A stretch of 64,000 nt of DNA from an uncultured delta proteobacterium (GCA_963802225.1 CAWDHZ010000022.1:66915-130914); one strand, 5' to 3'. Shown: positions 19,310 to 31,006, counted from the first letter of the stretch. The notes: generated by a model from the sequence alone, not told the origin. Numbers and translations: made by a program.

Positions 19310-21799
19310 CTACTCTTCGCGTATCTGCATCTGTGGGTAGGTCCGCATTACCTTCCAGATCGGGTAGAGCGCCGCGCCGACGCTGGCGGCAAGCGCCGTT
19401 GCCGCCGTGATGGCGTAGGGCTGCCAGTCAGGGTAGTAGAAGATCGTCCAGTTGAAGCTTCTCAAATTGATGACGCGGATCAGAAGAATCGCCAGGACCG
19501 TTCCCACGCCGGCGCTGAGCGCGAAGCTCACGATCCCCATCCCGATGGCCTCCAGCAGCGTCATGCCGGCCACCTGGCCCGTGGAGAACCCGAGGGCCCT
19601 CAGGATCCCGAAATCGCGCTGACGCTCGATGAACAGCGTCATCAGCGCCCCCGTGATCCCGAAGAAGGCGATGACGATGGCAATGATCCTCATGGAGCGC
19701 GTCACGGCAAAGGTGCTGTCGAAGACCTCGAGGATGTTGTTGTGGAACTGCTCGCGCGTGAAGGCCGGGAGCCCCCGCGATAGCGCTCTGCTGCGGACAT
19801 CGTCCAGGATCTGCTTCCTGCGGGGCTCGGCCGGGTCGATGAAAACGGCGATGCTGTTGATCGTCCGGTCGCCGTAAAGGCCGATGTAGGTCTCGCGGTC
19901 CATCATGATGAGGCCGTGCTCCGTCGAATAGTCGTAGAAGACGCCCTCGATGCGCAGGCGAACGGGGCCCGCTACCCCCTCGAGGGTGATCTCGCTGCCC
20001 GGGCCTGCCCCGGAGCTTCGGGCAAAGCTCTCCGAGACGATGACGTCGCCCTTCTTTACGGCCTCCCAGTGCTCATCGCCGCCTGCGACCCAGCCGAAAC
20101 GGGCGAAGCGCTGGAGGACATCGGCCTTGATGCTTGCCACATGCACCGTGCGGCCGCGGTACAAGACGGGCACTTTGCGGTAGGTGTCGACGCCGCCGAT
20201 CCCCGGGATGCGTTTGATCTCCTCGTAGAAGTCCTCGGGCACCTCCATGTCCGAGGCGTTGGAGATGTACATGTCGCCGCGCAGCTGCGTGCTCATCCAC
20301 CAGATGAGCGATTCGCGAAAGCTGCCGATCATGGAGCCCAGGCCGATGGACAGGGAAAGGGCCACCATGAAGGCGGCTACGGCAACGCCGGTCCGGCCCA
20401 GGTTCTGGATGATGTTGCCTGCGGCGATCCGGCCGGGAAGTTTCCCCATTCCGCCGAGCAGCCTTCTCAGAAGAGGATGGGCGAGCACCATGATGACGCC
20501 CGTCAGCAGGCTCAGCCCGAAGAGAAATCCGAAGACGCCGACATAGGCCATGTAGATCTGCTTTGAAAAGAACGCGAGAACGACGATGCTGGCAACCAGG
20601 ATGAATACGCCCGCCATCGCAACGCGCCAGGCCAGGCGGCGGCTCTCTCGGTTTCCCGAGCGCCCCCTGAGGGTGAGCACGGGGTCGACACGGGAGAGCT
20701 CCAGCAGGGGCAGCAGGCTCCCCAGCAGGCTTGCCCCGAGCCCCACGATGACGCCGGCGGCCGGGATCCACCAGGACCAGGGCATGGGTGCGGGCCGCAG
20801 GAAGAAGTAGAGGCTGCTGATCGTGCCGCCGATGATGTCCGTCAGCACCCGGCTCAGGAGATAGCCGAAGACGCTGCCCAGGAGCCCGCCGAGGATGCCG
20901 AAAAAGGCGATCTCGGTCAGAAAGGCCCTTGCAACTTCGCCCCGGCTTGCACCCAGGCTGCGGAGGATGCCGGCGTCGCGCCGGCGGCTCACGACGGCGA
21001 ACATGGCCGTGTTGTAGATCAGAAACACGCTCACGAAGAGGGCCATGAGCGAAAGGGCCTCCAGGTTGAGCCGGAAGGCCCCCACCATGGCGCCGAACGT
21101 CTCCTGTCGCTGGCGCTTGGACTGGATCCGGTATCCCTCCTGCCAGCGGGAGACAAAACCGCTCTCGTCGGTGAGGATGAGATCGACGTGATCGATCTTA
21201 CCGGGCAGCCCAAGCAGCTTCTGGGCATGGGCGATGTCCATGAGGATGAGGGGCTCGCCGGAGGGGTTGGGGAAGATTCCGATCACCTTGAGGCGGCCCC
21301 GGGGGGTGTTGAGAACGCTGCCTTTTGAGAGACCCATCTCGCGGGCAAGGTTCTCTTCGAGCAGGACGGCCCGCTCATCGGTGAGGAAGGCAAGGGAGTC
21401 CTCCCGCTCGCCGCCTGCGCGTTGCTCGAAGGGGGCCCGGGAGATCTCGGGCCGGATGGACCGGTCGAGGAAGGGGTCGATGCCCAGGAGCCGGACGAGA
21501 TCGCCGTTGGCGAGTTTCAGCCGCCGTTCCACGACGGGGGCGAAGGAAGCGACGGCGGGGTCGCCGATAAGATCCTGCAGGATCGCTTCGTCCATGGGCC
21601 CTGCGAGTCGTTCGAGGGTGTGGGAGGATTTCCCCCGGAGGAATTCCACTGCCTGGGAAAAGCTGGAGAGGGCCGACTGGGCTGAGAGGGCCATGCCGAT
21701 GACGGCGGCCACCCCGCAGGCGATCCCGAGGAGCTGAAGCAGGCTGAGGCTGCGCCGCCGGTAGAGATAGCGAAGGAAGGATCGGGTAACGGTTCGCAA
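19310..21799 (-). CDS. FtsX/MacB-like ABC transporter permease (duplicated FtsX domains, 829 aa)
   Basis: TTG start at 21799. Multiple TM segments and two FtsX-type C-terminal 4-TM units. Adjacent to the ABC ATPase. Confidence 0.85.
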   Translation of the reverse strand: MRTVTRSFLRYLYRRRSLSLLQLLGIACGVAAVIGMALSAQSALSSFSQAVEFLRGKSSHTLERLAGPMDEAILQDLIGDPAVASFAPVVERRLKLANGDLVRLLGIDPFLDRSIRPEISRAPFEQRAGGEREDSLAFLTDERAVLLEENLAREMGLSKGSVLNTPRGRLKVIGIFPNPSGEPLILMDIAHAQKLLGLPGKIDHVDLILTDESGFVSRWQEGYRIQSKRQRQETFGAMVGAFRLNLEALSLMALFVSVFLIYNTAMFAVVSRRRDAGILRSLGASRGEVARAFLTEIAFFGILGGLLGSVFGYLLSRVLTDIIGGTISSLYFFLRPAPMPWSWWIPAAGVIVGLGASLLGSLLPLLELSRVDPVLTLRGRSGNRESRRLAWRVAMAGVFILVASIVVLAFFSKQIYMAYVGVFGFLFGLSLLTGVIMVLAHPLLRRLLGGMGKLPGRIAAGNIIQNLGRTGVAVAAFMVALSLSIGLGSMIGSFRESLIWWMSTQLRGDMYISNASDMEVPEDFYEEIKRIPGIGGVDTYRKVPVLYRGRTVHVASIKADVLQRFARFGWVAGGDEHWEAVKKGDVIVSESFARSSGAGPGSEITLEGVAGPVRLRIEGVFYDYSTEHGLIMMDRETYIGLYGDRTINSIAVFIDPAEPRRKQILDDVRSRALSRGLPAFTREQFHNNILEVFDSTFAVTRSMRIIAIVIAFFGITGALMTLFIERQRDFGILRALGFSTGQVAGMTLLEAIGMGIVSFALSAGVGTVLAILLIRVINLRSFNWTIFYYPDWQPYAITAATALAASVGAALYPIWKVMRTYPQMQIREE

Positions 21800-21810
21800 G
21801 GATAAAACCA

Positions 21811-21837
21811 GGGTTAAGGGTTAAGGGTTAAGGGTAG
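21811..21837. repeat. (GGGTTAAG)n short tandem repeat
   Basis: gggttaagggttaagggttaagggtag. Confidence 0.85.
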
Positions 21838-21860
21838 GATCCATGCTCCTTGAGAATTAG

Positions 21861-22547
<687 letters not shown>

Positions 22548-22548
22548 T

Positions 22549-22660
22549 GGTCTATCCAGTCTATTCGGTCTATTCCGTCCAAATCCCCCCTGCCCCTCTT
22601 TACGAAAGGGGGGATTCCTTTTTCCATCCCCCTTTGCAAAAGGGGGAAAGAGGGGGATTT
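22549..22660. repeat. (GTCTATNC)n tandem tract followed by two copies of the CCCCCTTT...AAAGGGGG palindromic element (copy 3)
   Basis: tctatccagtctattcggtctattccgtcc, then aaatcccccctgcccctctttacgaaaggggggatt and ccatccccctttgcaaaagggggaaagagggggattt. Confidence 0.8.
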
Positions 22661-23979
22661 TAGATGTCTTTGAGGCGGAGGTTTTCCGGCGATTTCTCGG
22701 TGGCCTCGCCGAAAGCCTTCAGGCTCTTCGAAATCCGCTCCAGCTCTTCCGTCATGGCCACGGGGATCTGGTTTACGCCACGGCGGTCCAGGGCATCCAT
22801 GACGAACGTCACCGTCAGAAGATCCGTGTCGCGCGCCGGAACGTAGGCAGCCTCGTCGCGGCCGTGATTGACCGCCTCGATGAGGACTCCGCTTGCCCTG
22901 AGATCCTCCAGGATTTCAGCGGTGAGCCCCCGCGGGATCTCGAGGCTCTCCGAAATCGTCGCCGCCGTCAGGGGGACATCGCCCTTGGCGAAATTGCGGC
23001 TCATGTGGTTGACGATCCGCAGGCCCAACAGCCGCCGGAAGTAGGGGCTTGCCTGCCTCGCATCGGGTCCGTATTCGAGCGCATCGGCATTCTGGTGGAT
23101 GCAGGAGATCTCGGCGCCGGCCAGCACGATGATCCAGCTCAGCTGCAGCCAGGTGAGAAAGAGGGGAAGGGCTGCAAAGCTGCCGTAAATGGCGTTGTAA
23201 CTGGCAACCCCGACTTGGAATTTCACATAGATCAACTGGACGATGACGTACACGGAACCGGCGATGATCCCGGCGACAAGTCCCGACTTTCTGTTCACCT
23301 GCCGGTTCGGCATGAAGATGTAGAGAAACGCGAAGAGCACCCACATGATCACGAAGGGGGTGATTTCCAGGAAGAGGAGCACTACAGGGCCGAGGATCCC
23401 CAGCACGTCGAAGCGTTTCGTGATCTCGGCGAGCTGGGTTGAGATGAAGACGGTGACGCTGCCCGACAGGACCAGCAGCACCGGCGCCACGAGCATGACG
23501 GAGAGGTAGTCCGTGATCTTACGCGCGAGAGTGCGCTCTTTTTTTACCGACCAGATGTCGTTGAAAGAGCTCTCGATGTTGCCCAGCACCTTGATGATCG
23601 CCCAGAAGAGCAGAATGACTCCCACGCCCGCGATGAGGCCGCCCTTCGTATTCGCAAGCATCGAGTTGGCAAACCCGAAGACCTCCAGGAGCACCTCCTC
23701 CTGCCCGGGGAAGCGCTCGAGGATCTTTTCTTCCAGGACTTTCTCGAACGCGAAGCCCTTGGCGATCCCGAAGGCCATGGCGACGATGGGGACAATGGAA
23801 AGCAGGGAGTAAAAGGTCAGCGCCGAGGCCCGGAGCTGGCAGCGGTGCTCCTGGAAGGCGTTTCCGGCGGCCAGCAGGATCCGCAGGTACCGGATGCCGA
23901 AGGCCTTCGGTGGCGGCAGGCCTTTGGCGCGAATCCTCCAGATGTCTTCCCGGACGAATTTGCTGAGCTTCGGAATCAT
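22660..23979 (-). CDS. YihY/BrkB (virulence factor BrkB / RNase BN-like) family membrane protein with a C-terminal extension
   Basis: 439 aa. Contains ...CQLRASALTFYSLLSIVPIVAMAFGIAKGF..., typical of YihY. Six predicted TM segments. Confidence 0.75.
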   Translation of the reverse strand: MIPKLSKFVREDIWRIRAKGLPPPKAFGIRYLRILLAAGNAFQEHRCQLRASALTFYSLLSIVPIVAMAFGIAKGFAFEKVLEEKILERFPGQEEVLLEVFGFANSMLANTKGGLIAGVGVILLFWAIIKVLGNIESSFNDIWSVKKERTLARKITDYLSVMLVAPVLLVLSGSVTVFISTQLAEITKRFDVLGILGPVVLLFLEITPFVIMWVLFAFLYIFMPNRQVNRKSGLVAGIIAGSVYVIVQLIYVKFQVGVASYNAIYGSFAALPLFLTWLQLSWIIVLAGAEISCIHQNADALEYGPDARQASPYFRRLLGLRIVNHMSRNFAKGDVPLTAATISESLEIPRGLTAEILEDLRASGVLIEAVNHGRDEAAYVPARDTDLLTVTFVMDALDRRGVNQIPVAMTEELERISKSLKAFGEATEKSPENLRLKDI

Positions 23980-24092
23980 GACCCCGTTTCCCCTTTAGCC
24001 TTGAGCCCTTTGCCTTACGCCTGTTTTTGTTTAACACAGCAGGCGCCGAAGGTAAAGGGTTGCGGGGCGCTTAATAGTTTTCCGCCATGACT

Positions 24093-24221
24093 TCATAGTA
24101 AGCCGTAGCCTTCCTTCTTTGCGACGCCGGCAAAGTAGGTGTAGCGGTTGCGTGCCTGGGACTCTCCGGCAAAGGCCGCCAGCAGGTTCTTTTCCGTTTG
24201 CAGTTTGAGTCGAAATGTCAT
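24093..24221 (-). pseudogene. Rubrerythrin gene remnant (first ~40 codons only)
   Basis: MTFRLKLQTEKNLLAAFAGESQARNRYTYFAGVAKKEGYGLL*. The TEKNLLAAFAGESQARNRYTYFA..AKKEGY stretch is the conserved rubrerythrin N-terminus. Homology stops after about 40 aa and runs into intergenic repeats. Confidence 0.6.
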
Positions 24222-24458
24222 TATCGAAATAAGATAACGCCCGCGACAAGTCAAGAAGCTTGCAGGTTGGCATGAGGCCCCCAACCACCTCCTTTGATCT
24301 CCTTCAGGGAAGGGCCTAAAACCCTGCCCCACTTTTTTACTTCGTCAGCCTCAAAAAAAATGGACCTCCGGCTCATCCCTTAGTAAAATACCGTCCAGTG
24401 CTTTTCAGGGCCTTTGACCTTTAACCTTTCACCTTTAGTCTTTTCACGGAGGTGCCCG

Positions 24459-25529
24459 ATGAGTCAGGATATCGTCTTTTCCCCCTTTCAGCTGAAGAGC
24501 TGCCGCCTGAAGAACCGCCTGGGCTTGGCCCCGATGACGCGCATGTCCTCGCCGGGCGACAGCATCCCGCGCAAGGACGTGCTGGATTTTCTCGTCATGC
24601 GAGCTCAAAAGGGGGCCGCCATCGTCTTTACGGAGGGTATCGCCACCGATTACGAGAGCGCCCAGGGCTACCCCCGCCAGGCAAGGGTGCTGACGCAGCG
24701 ACAGATCGACGCCTGGAGGCAGATCACCGATGCCATCCGGAAGGAAGGCGCCCTGTCGATGATGCAGATCTTCCACTGCGGGCGGGTAGCCTGGCCGGAG
24801 GTCAACCCGGCGGGCCGGATCATCGCCCCGAGCGCCATTGCGCCGAAGCAGAAAAACCCCCTCACCGGGAAACCCTATCCCGTGCCGGACGAGATGAGCC
24901 GCTTCGACATCGAGCACGTTGTCCACGGGTTTGTCGAGACGGCGAAGGGGGCCGTGGCTGCCGGTTTCGACGGAGTCGAGATCCACGGGGCCCACGGATA
25001 CCTCATCACGCAGTTCCTGTCGACGAACTCGAACCAGAGAACAGACGACTACGGCGGGCCGGTGGAAAACCGCTTCCGCTTCGCCCGGGAGATCATCCGG
25101 GCCGTGCGCCCCGTCGTGCCCGCGGATCGCCTGCTGACGTTCCGCATCTCGAACTGGGGTATCGCCGACATGGAGGTTTCGCTGTTTGGTGACAGCCAGG
25201 AGTGGCAGGGGCTGATCCGGCTGCTTTCGGCCGAACCCATCGACGCTATCTCCGTATCGACCTACCGCTATGCCGACAATGCCTTCGGGACGGACAAGAC
25301 CATGGCGGGCCTCACCCGGGAAACGACGAAGCTGCCGCTTATGATCTGCGGGCAGATCCACGACCGGACGACATGCGAGGACGCCCTGAAGGATGCCGAC
25401 ATCGCCCTTTCGGCCAAGTCGATGCTTTTGAACCCGAACTGGGTGGAGGACGTGAGGCAGGGCAAAACGCTTCCGCTGCACAAGTCGTCCGAGGCGAACG
25501 TGGCGTATACGGAGACGCCGTTGCCGTAG
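24459..25529 (+). CDS. NADH:flavin oxidoreductase, Old Yellow Enzyme family
   Basis: ATG at 24459 (MSQDIVFSPFQLKSCRLKNRLGLAPMTR...). Contains HGAHGYLITQFLS, typical of OYE. Confidence 0.85.
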   Translation: MSQDIVFSPFQLKSCRLKNRLGLAPMTRMSSPGDSIPRKDVLDFLVMRAQKGAAIVFTEGIATDYESAQGYPRQARVLTQRQIDAWRQITDAIRKEGALSMMQIFHCGRVAWPEVNPAGRIIAPSAIAPKQKNPLTGKPYPVPDEMSRFDIEHVVHGFVETAKGAVAAGFDGVEIHGAHGYLITQFLSTNSNQRTDDYGGPVENRFRFAREIIRAVRPVVPADRLLTFRISNWGIADMEVSLFGDSQEWQGLIRLLSAEPIDAISVSTYRYADNAFGTDKTMAGLTRETTKLPLMICGQIHDRTTCEDALKDADIALSAKSMLLNPNWVEDVRQGKTLPLHKSSEANVAYTETPLP

Positions 25530-25534
25530 AAAAC

Positions 25535-25570
25535 GGGTAAAGGGTAAAGGGTAAAGGGTATAGGGTAATC
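25535..25570. repeat. (GGGTAAAG)n short tandem repeat
   Basis: gggtaaagggtaaagggtaaagggtatagggtaatc. Confidence 0.85.
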
Positions 25571-25615
25571 AGGATAATTCTTTCACATTCCCTGTACCCT
25601 GAACCCGGGACCCTG

Positions 25616-26509
25616 ATGCGATCGGAGAAGGGATCAACCATGAAAAAATCAGAAGATCGGGGAAAGTGGATCGAGTCGATCATCCGTAACTGGGTCAACA
25701 CTTCGCCGGAGAACACGCTGGGCAACAAGGCGAATGACAAGGCCTGGGACGAGCCGCTCGTAGGATTTTCGAGGGGGGACGACCCGTACTGGGAATCCTT
25801 CAAGGAGCACGTGGGCCCCTTCCACTGGACGCCTGCCGAGGCGTTCATGATGGCTTTCCCGAACGGCAACATTGCCCCGGAAAGGCTCACGATCGTGAGC
25901 TGGGTTCTTCCCCAGACGAAAGCCACGAAGATGGAAACCCGCAAAGAAAAGACCTACCCGCCCGAGAGTTGGGCCAGGGCGAGGTTCTACGGGGAGGTGG
26001 TGAACGAGAAGCTCCGCCGGTACATCCTGGAGGGATTGAAGAAAGAGGGCATCCGGGCCGCGGCGCCTACGCTGCTGCCCCAGTGGTCGCGAATGGCTTC
26101 GGACAAGTTCGTCTTTGCCTCGAAGTGGTCCGAGCGCCACGCGGCCTTCGTTTCGGGTCTGGGGACCTTCGGGCTTTCCGACGGTCTCATCACGCCCCGG
26201 GGAAAGGCCATGAGGGTCGGATCGGTTGTGGCCGAGATGGAGATTCCCGCAACGCCCAGGCCTTACAAGGGGCACCAGGACTACTGTCTGTGGTTCAGCC
26301 AGGGGAGCTGCAAGAAGTGCGTGGGGCGATGTCCCGTCGAGGCCCTCTCCGAGAAAGGGCACGACAAGATTCTCTGCTCGAGGCACGTCCACGAGACCTG
26401 CAAGGCCTATATCGTGGAGCACTTCGGCTTCGAGGGCTATGCCTGCGGCCTCTGCCAGACGGGGGTTCCCTGCGAGTCTAAGATTCCTGTGAAGTCTGAC
26501 CTGAATTAG
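25616..26509 (+). CDS. Iron-sulfur protein related to epoxyqueuosine reductase / reductive-dehalogenase-type 4Fe-4S enzymes
   Basis: C-terminal CKKCVGRCPVEAL and CGLCQTGVPC cluster motifs. About 290 aa. An alternative ATG at 25640 has a better SD. The functional call is tentative. Confidence 0.55.
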   Translation: MRSEKGSTMKKSEDRGKWIESIIRNWVNTSPENTLGNKANDKAWDEPLVGFSRGDDPYWESFKEHVGPFHWTPAEAFMMAFPNGNIAPERLTIVSWVLPQTKATKMETRKEKTYPPESWARARFYGEVVNEKLRRYILEGLKKEGIRAAAPTLLPQWSRMASDKFVFASKWSERHAAFVSGLGTFGLSDGLITPRGKAMRVGSVVAEMEIPATPRPYKGHQDYCLWFSQGSCKKCVGRCPVEALSEKGHDKILCSRHVHETCKAYIVEHFGFEGYACGLCQTGVPCESKIPVKSDLN

Positions 26510-27755
26510 CGGGTCCTGCCGCCCGGCGCTCGAAGGCCAGCAGGGCCGAAGGGAAGGGCGCCAGGGTCCGCAGGATCACCCCCTGCAGGAATGCGACGGC
26601 CACCCCGTAGCTCGTGACGGGAACACCGGCTTGCTGTGCTTTTTTCAGCCGCGAGAGCATCTCCCGGCGGTTGAGCATGCAGCCGCCGCAGTGGATGACG
26701 AGCTTGAAGTCTGCCAGGTTCTCGGGGTAGTCACGTCCCGCAAAGGTCTCGATCTCGATCTCCCCCCCCACATACTGACTCAGCCACCGGGGAATCTTCA
26801 CCCGGCCGATGTCGTCCTCCGGGGCGTGGTGCGAGCAGGCCTCGGCGATGAGGACCCGGTCACCGGGCCGGAGCGTCTCGATGACGGCGGCCCCTTCGGC
26901 CTGAAGCGCCAGATCACCCTTCTGTCTTGCCATGAGAATGGAGAACGTGGTCAGCGGAATCTCATTCGGCACTTCGGCACAGACCTTCTGGAGGGCCTGG
27001 GAGTCGGTGACGACGAGATCCGGCGGGCGCTTGAGGCCGTCGAGCGCGCGGAGCAGCTCTGGCTCCTTTACGACGAGGCAGATTGCGTCGCTGTCGAGGG
27101 CATCGCGGATCGTCTGTGCCTGCGGGAAGATGAGGCGCCCCTTCGGGGCCTGCAGGTCGAGCGGCACGACGAGCGCCACGAGACCCCCCGGCGGCAGCAG
27201 GCCTGCGATCAGCGAGGGCGCCCTGAAGAAATCCTCCGGGGCCAGCTTCAGCAGCAGGCCCTGGAGGGCCTCCATGTACTCCTGGCGTTTGAGCGGGTCC
27301 TTGCAGGTCAGGGCGATGACGCTCCCCGCCTTCCCCCGGAGCTTCTCCAGAAAGGAAATGGACGGTTTCTCGCGGTCGATCTTGTTGACGGCGACAAGAA
27401 GGGGAAGCCTGCGCATCTTCGACTCGTCGACGACGCTCTCCTCGAAGTCCGTCCAGATGCCCGGCTCCGTCACGAGCAGCGCCACGTCGGCCCGGTCGAA
27501 GACCTTCTTCGTTTTCTCGATTCTCAACTCGGCGAGGGCCGACGTGGCGTCGAGCCCTGCCGTGTCCATGATGAGGACGGGTCCCAGCGGCCGAAGCTCC
27601 AAAGCCTTTTCGACGACGTCCGTCGTCGTTCCCGCCACAGGCGACGTGATCGCGATGTCCTGCCCCGCGAGAAGGTTCAGCAGGCTCGACTTGCCCACGT
27701 TGGTCCGCCCGAAGATGGCGACGTGGAGCCGGTTGGCTTTGGGTGTCTGGTCCAT
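26478..27755 (-). CDS. hydF: [FeFe]-hydrogenase H-cluster maturation GTPase HydF
   Basis: GRTNVGKSSLLN P-loop, DTAG, NKID, and the C-terminal C-S-H...H-C-G-G-C cluster motif typical of HydF. 425 aa. Confidence 0.85.
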   Translation of the reverse strand: MDQTPKANRLHVAIFGRTNVGKSSLLNLLAGQDIAITSPVAGTTTDVVEKALELRPLGPVLIMDTAGLDATSALAELRIEKTKKVFDRADVALLVTEPGIWTDFEESVVDESKMRRLPLLVAVNKIDREKPSISFLEKLRGKAGSVIALTCKDPLKRQEYMEALQGLLLKLAPEDFFRAPSLIAGLLPPGGLVALVVPLDLQAPKGRLIFPQAQTIRDALDSDAICLVVKEPELLRALDGLKRPPDLVVTDSQALQKVCAEVPNEIPLTTFSILMARQKGDLALQAEGAAVIETLRPGDRVLIAEACSHHAPEDDIGRVKIPRWLSQYVGGEIEIETFAGRDYPENLADFKLVIHCGGCMLNRREMLSRLKKAQQAGVPVTSYGVAVAFLQGVILRTLAPFPSALLAFERRAAGPANSGQTSQES

Positions 27756-27811
27756 ATGAGACTACAGGTAACAGAAAAGAGCAAAGGATGCAATCCTGTT
27801 GGTTTCCGCAC

Positions 27812-27849
27812 AACCCGAAATGAGAAGGGGGGTCTGACCGCGCGTCAGA
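27812..27849 (-). terminator. Strong stem-loop (terminator-like) between the NuoF-GltD gene and hydF
   Basis: gagaaggggggtctgac / gtcagacccccttctc inverted repeat (16-17 bp) with a 5-nt loop. Confidence 0.45.
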
Positions 27850-27887
27850 CCCCCTTCTCGTTTCAAGTGCTCAAAGCGTTGCCGGCG

Positions 27888-29007
<1,120 letters not shown>

Positions 29008-30951
29008 TCACGTGCGCAGGTGAGGCCTGCCGGGCCCGCGCCGACGACGGCGATCTTCTCCTTGCGGGAGATAGGCGACCGGCTTGATCTGCGGCCGCGG
29101 GGCGTTGTCGGTGATGTAGCGTTTCAGGAACTTGATCGCCACGGGCTCATCCAGCAGGCCGCGGCGGCACTTGGACTGGCACTGGTGGTCGCAGACCCGC
29201 CCGCAGACCGACGGGAAGGGGTTGGTCTTCATCATGACCTTGTAGGCGTCCTCGAACCGGTTGTCGCGGATGAGCGCGATGTAGGCCGGGATGTCCATCC
29301 CGATGGGGCAGGTGTGCTGGCAGGGCGACTTGAAGAGGGCCGAGCAGACGGCGGCGCGGCACTTCTTGTCGCGGATGTGCTCTTCGTACTCGTCGCGGAA
29401 GTAGCGGATCGTCGAGAGCACGGGGTTCGGGGCCGTCTGGCCGAGACCGCAGAGCGCCGCGTCCTTGATGACGGTGGCCATCGACTCCAGAAGCTCGATG
29501 TCGCCTTCCTTGCCCTTGCCCTTGCAGATATTGGTCAGGATGTCGAGCATGCGCTGCGTGCCCTCGCGGCAGGGGGTGCACTTGCCGCAGGACTCGTCCT
29601 GGCAGAAGTCCATGAAGAAGCGCGCCATGTCGACGGCGCACTTGTCCTCGTTCATGACGATGAGGCCGCCGGAGCCCATGATGGCGCCCAGTTCGGCGAC
29701 CTTCTCGTAGTCGACGGAGGCGTTGAGGTGCTGGACGGGGATGCAGCCGCCCGAGGGCCCGCCCAGCTGGGCGGCCTTGAACTTCTTGCCGCCGGGGATG
29801 CCGCCGCCGATGTCGAAGACGATCGTCCCCAGGGTTGTTCCCATGGGCACTTCCACGAGGCCCACGTTGTTCACGTCGCCCGTGAGCGCGAAGACCTTCG
29901 TGCCCTTGGATCGCTCGGTGCCCACACTGGCGTACCACTCGCCGCCCCGCAGGATGATCTGGCCGATGTTGGCGAGCGTCTCCACGTTGTTCAGAACGCT
30001 GGGCTTGGCCCAGAGGCCCGCCACGGCCGGGAAGGGCGGCCTCGGGCGGGGCATGCCGCGCTTGCCCTCGATGGAGGTCATCAGCGCCGTCTCCTCGCCG
30101 CAGACGAAGGCGCCTGCGCCCTGGTAGACTTCGATGTCGAAGTCGAAGCCCGTCCCCAGGATGTCCTTCCCCAGCAGTCCCGACTCGCGGGCCTGCCCGA
30201 GGGCCACGTTGAGGCGGTGGATCGCGAGCGGGTACTCGGCGCGGCAGTAGATGTAGCCGTGCTTCGAGCCGATCGCCTTGGCGGCGATCACCATGCCTTC
30301 GAGCACCGCGTGCGGGTCCGCCTCGAGGACGCTGCGGTCCATGAAGGCCCCGGGGTCGCCCTCGTCGGCGTTGCAGAGCACGTACTTCGTCTCGCCGGGC
30401 GAGCGTGAGGCGAACTGCCACTTGAGCCCCGTGGGGAAGCCGGCGCCGCCGCGGCCGCGCAGGCCCGACTTGAGGACTTCCTGGACGATCTGCTCGGGCG
30501 TCATCTCGGTGAGTGCCTTCGCCATGCCGGCGTAGCCGTCCCGGGCGATGTACTCCTCGATGTTTTCCGGGTCGATGAGGCCGCGGTTGCGCAGAACCCG
30601 GAGGTCCTGAAGGGCGAAGAAGGGGATTTCCTGCATGGAGGGGATCCGCTCCTCCTTGCCCGGCTCCTTGTAGAAGAGCCTCTCGAGGGGGCGGCCCTTG
30701 ACGAAGTGCTCCTCGACGAGCTCGGGGACGTCTTCCGCCCGGATATTCATATAGATGATGCCTTCGGGGTAGACGACGATGATGGGCCCCTGCGCGCAGA
30801 AGCCGTTGCAGCCCGTCTCGACGACCTTGATCTCCTCCGCAAGGCTGCGCTTGTTGAGCTCGTCGACGAGGGCTTTCTTCATGGCGATGCTGCCCGAAGC
30901 GTGGCAGCCTGTCCCCCCGCAGACCAGTAAGTGCGAGCGAAAAACTTTCAT
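29008..30951 (-). CDS. NuoF/HydB-like NADH-FMN subunit (N-terminal 2Fe-2S thioredoxin-like domain, FMN/NADH site, 4Fe-4S) fused to the GltD N-terminal Fe-S domain
   Basis: GRGGAGFPTG and CGKCTPCREG motifs. The C-terminal ...NPFPSVCGRVCDHQCQSKCRRG... is the GltD small-chain Fe-S domain. The frame is lost at about 29066. Confidence 0.9.
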   Translation of the reverse strand: MKVFRSHLLVCGGTGCHASGSIAMKKALVDELNKRSLAEEIKVVETGCNGFCAQGPIIVVYPEGIIYMNIRAEDVPELVEEHFVKGRPLERLFYKEPGKEERIPSMQEIPFFALQDLRVLRNRGLIDPENIEEYIARDGYAGMAKALTEMTPEQIVQEVLKSGLRGRGGAGFPTGLKWQFASRSPGETKYVLCNADEGDPGAFMDRSVLEADPHAVLEGMVIAAKAIGSKHGYIYCRAEYPLAIHRLNVALGQARESGLLGKDILGTGFDFDIEVYQGAGAFVCGEETALMTSIEGKRGMPRPRPPFPAVAGLWAKPSVLNNVETLANIGQIILRGGEWYASVGTERSKGTKVFALTGDVNNVGLVEVPMGTTLGTIVFDIGGGIPGGKKFKAAQLGGPSGGCIPVQHLNASVDYEKVAELGAIMGSGGLIVMNEDKCAVDMARFFMDFCQDESCGKCTPCREGTQRMLDILTNICKGKGKEGDIELLESMATVIKDAALCGLGQTAPNPVLSTIRYFRDEYEEHIRDKKCRAAVCSALFKSPCQHTCPIGMDIPAYIALIRDNRFEDAYKVMMKTNPFPSVCGRVCDHQCQSKCRRGLLDEPVAIKFLKRYITDNAPRPQIKPVAYLPQGEDRRRRRGPGRPHLRT

Positions 30952-31006
30952 GGACTCTGTTCCTCCCCTCGAGAAATTCTACAGCAGGGAATGGGTTTTT
31001 GCTTCC

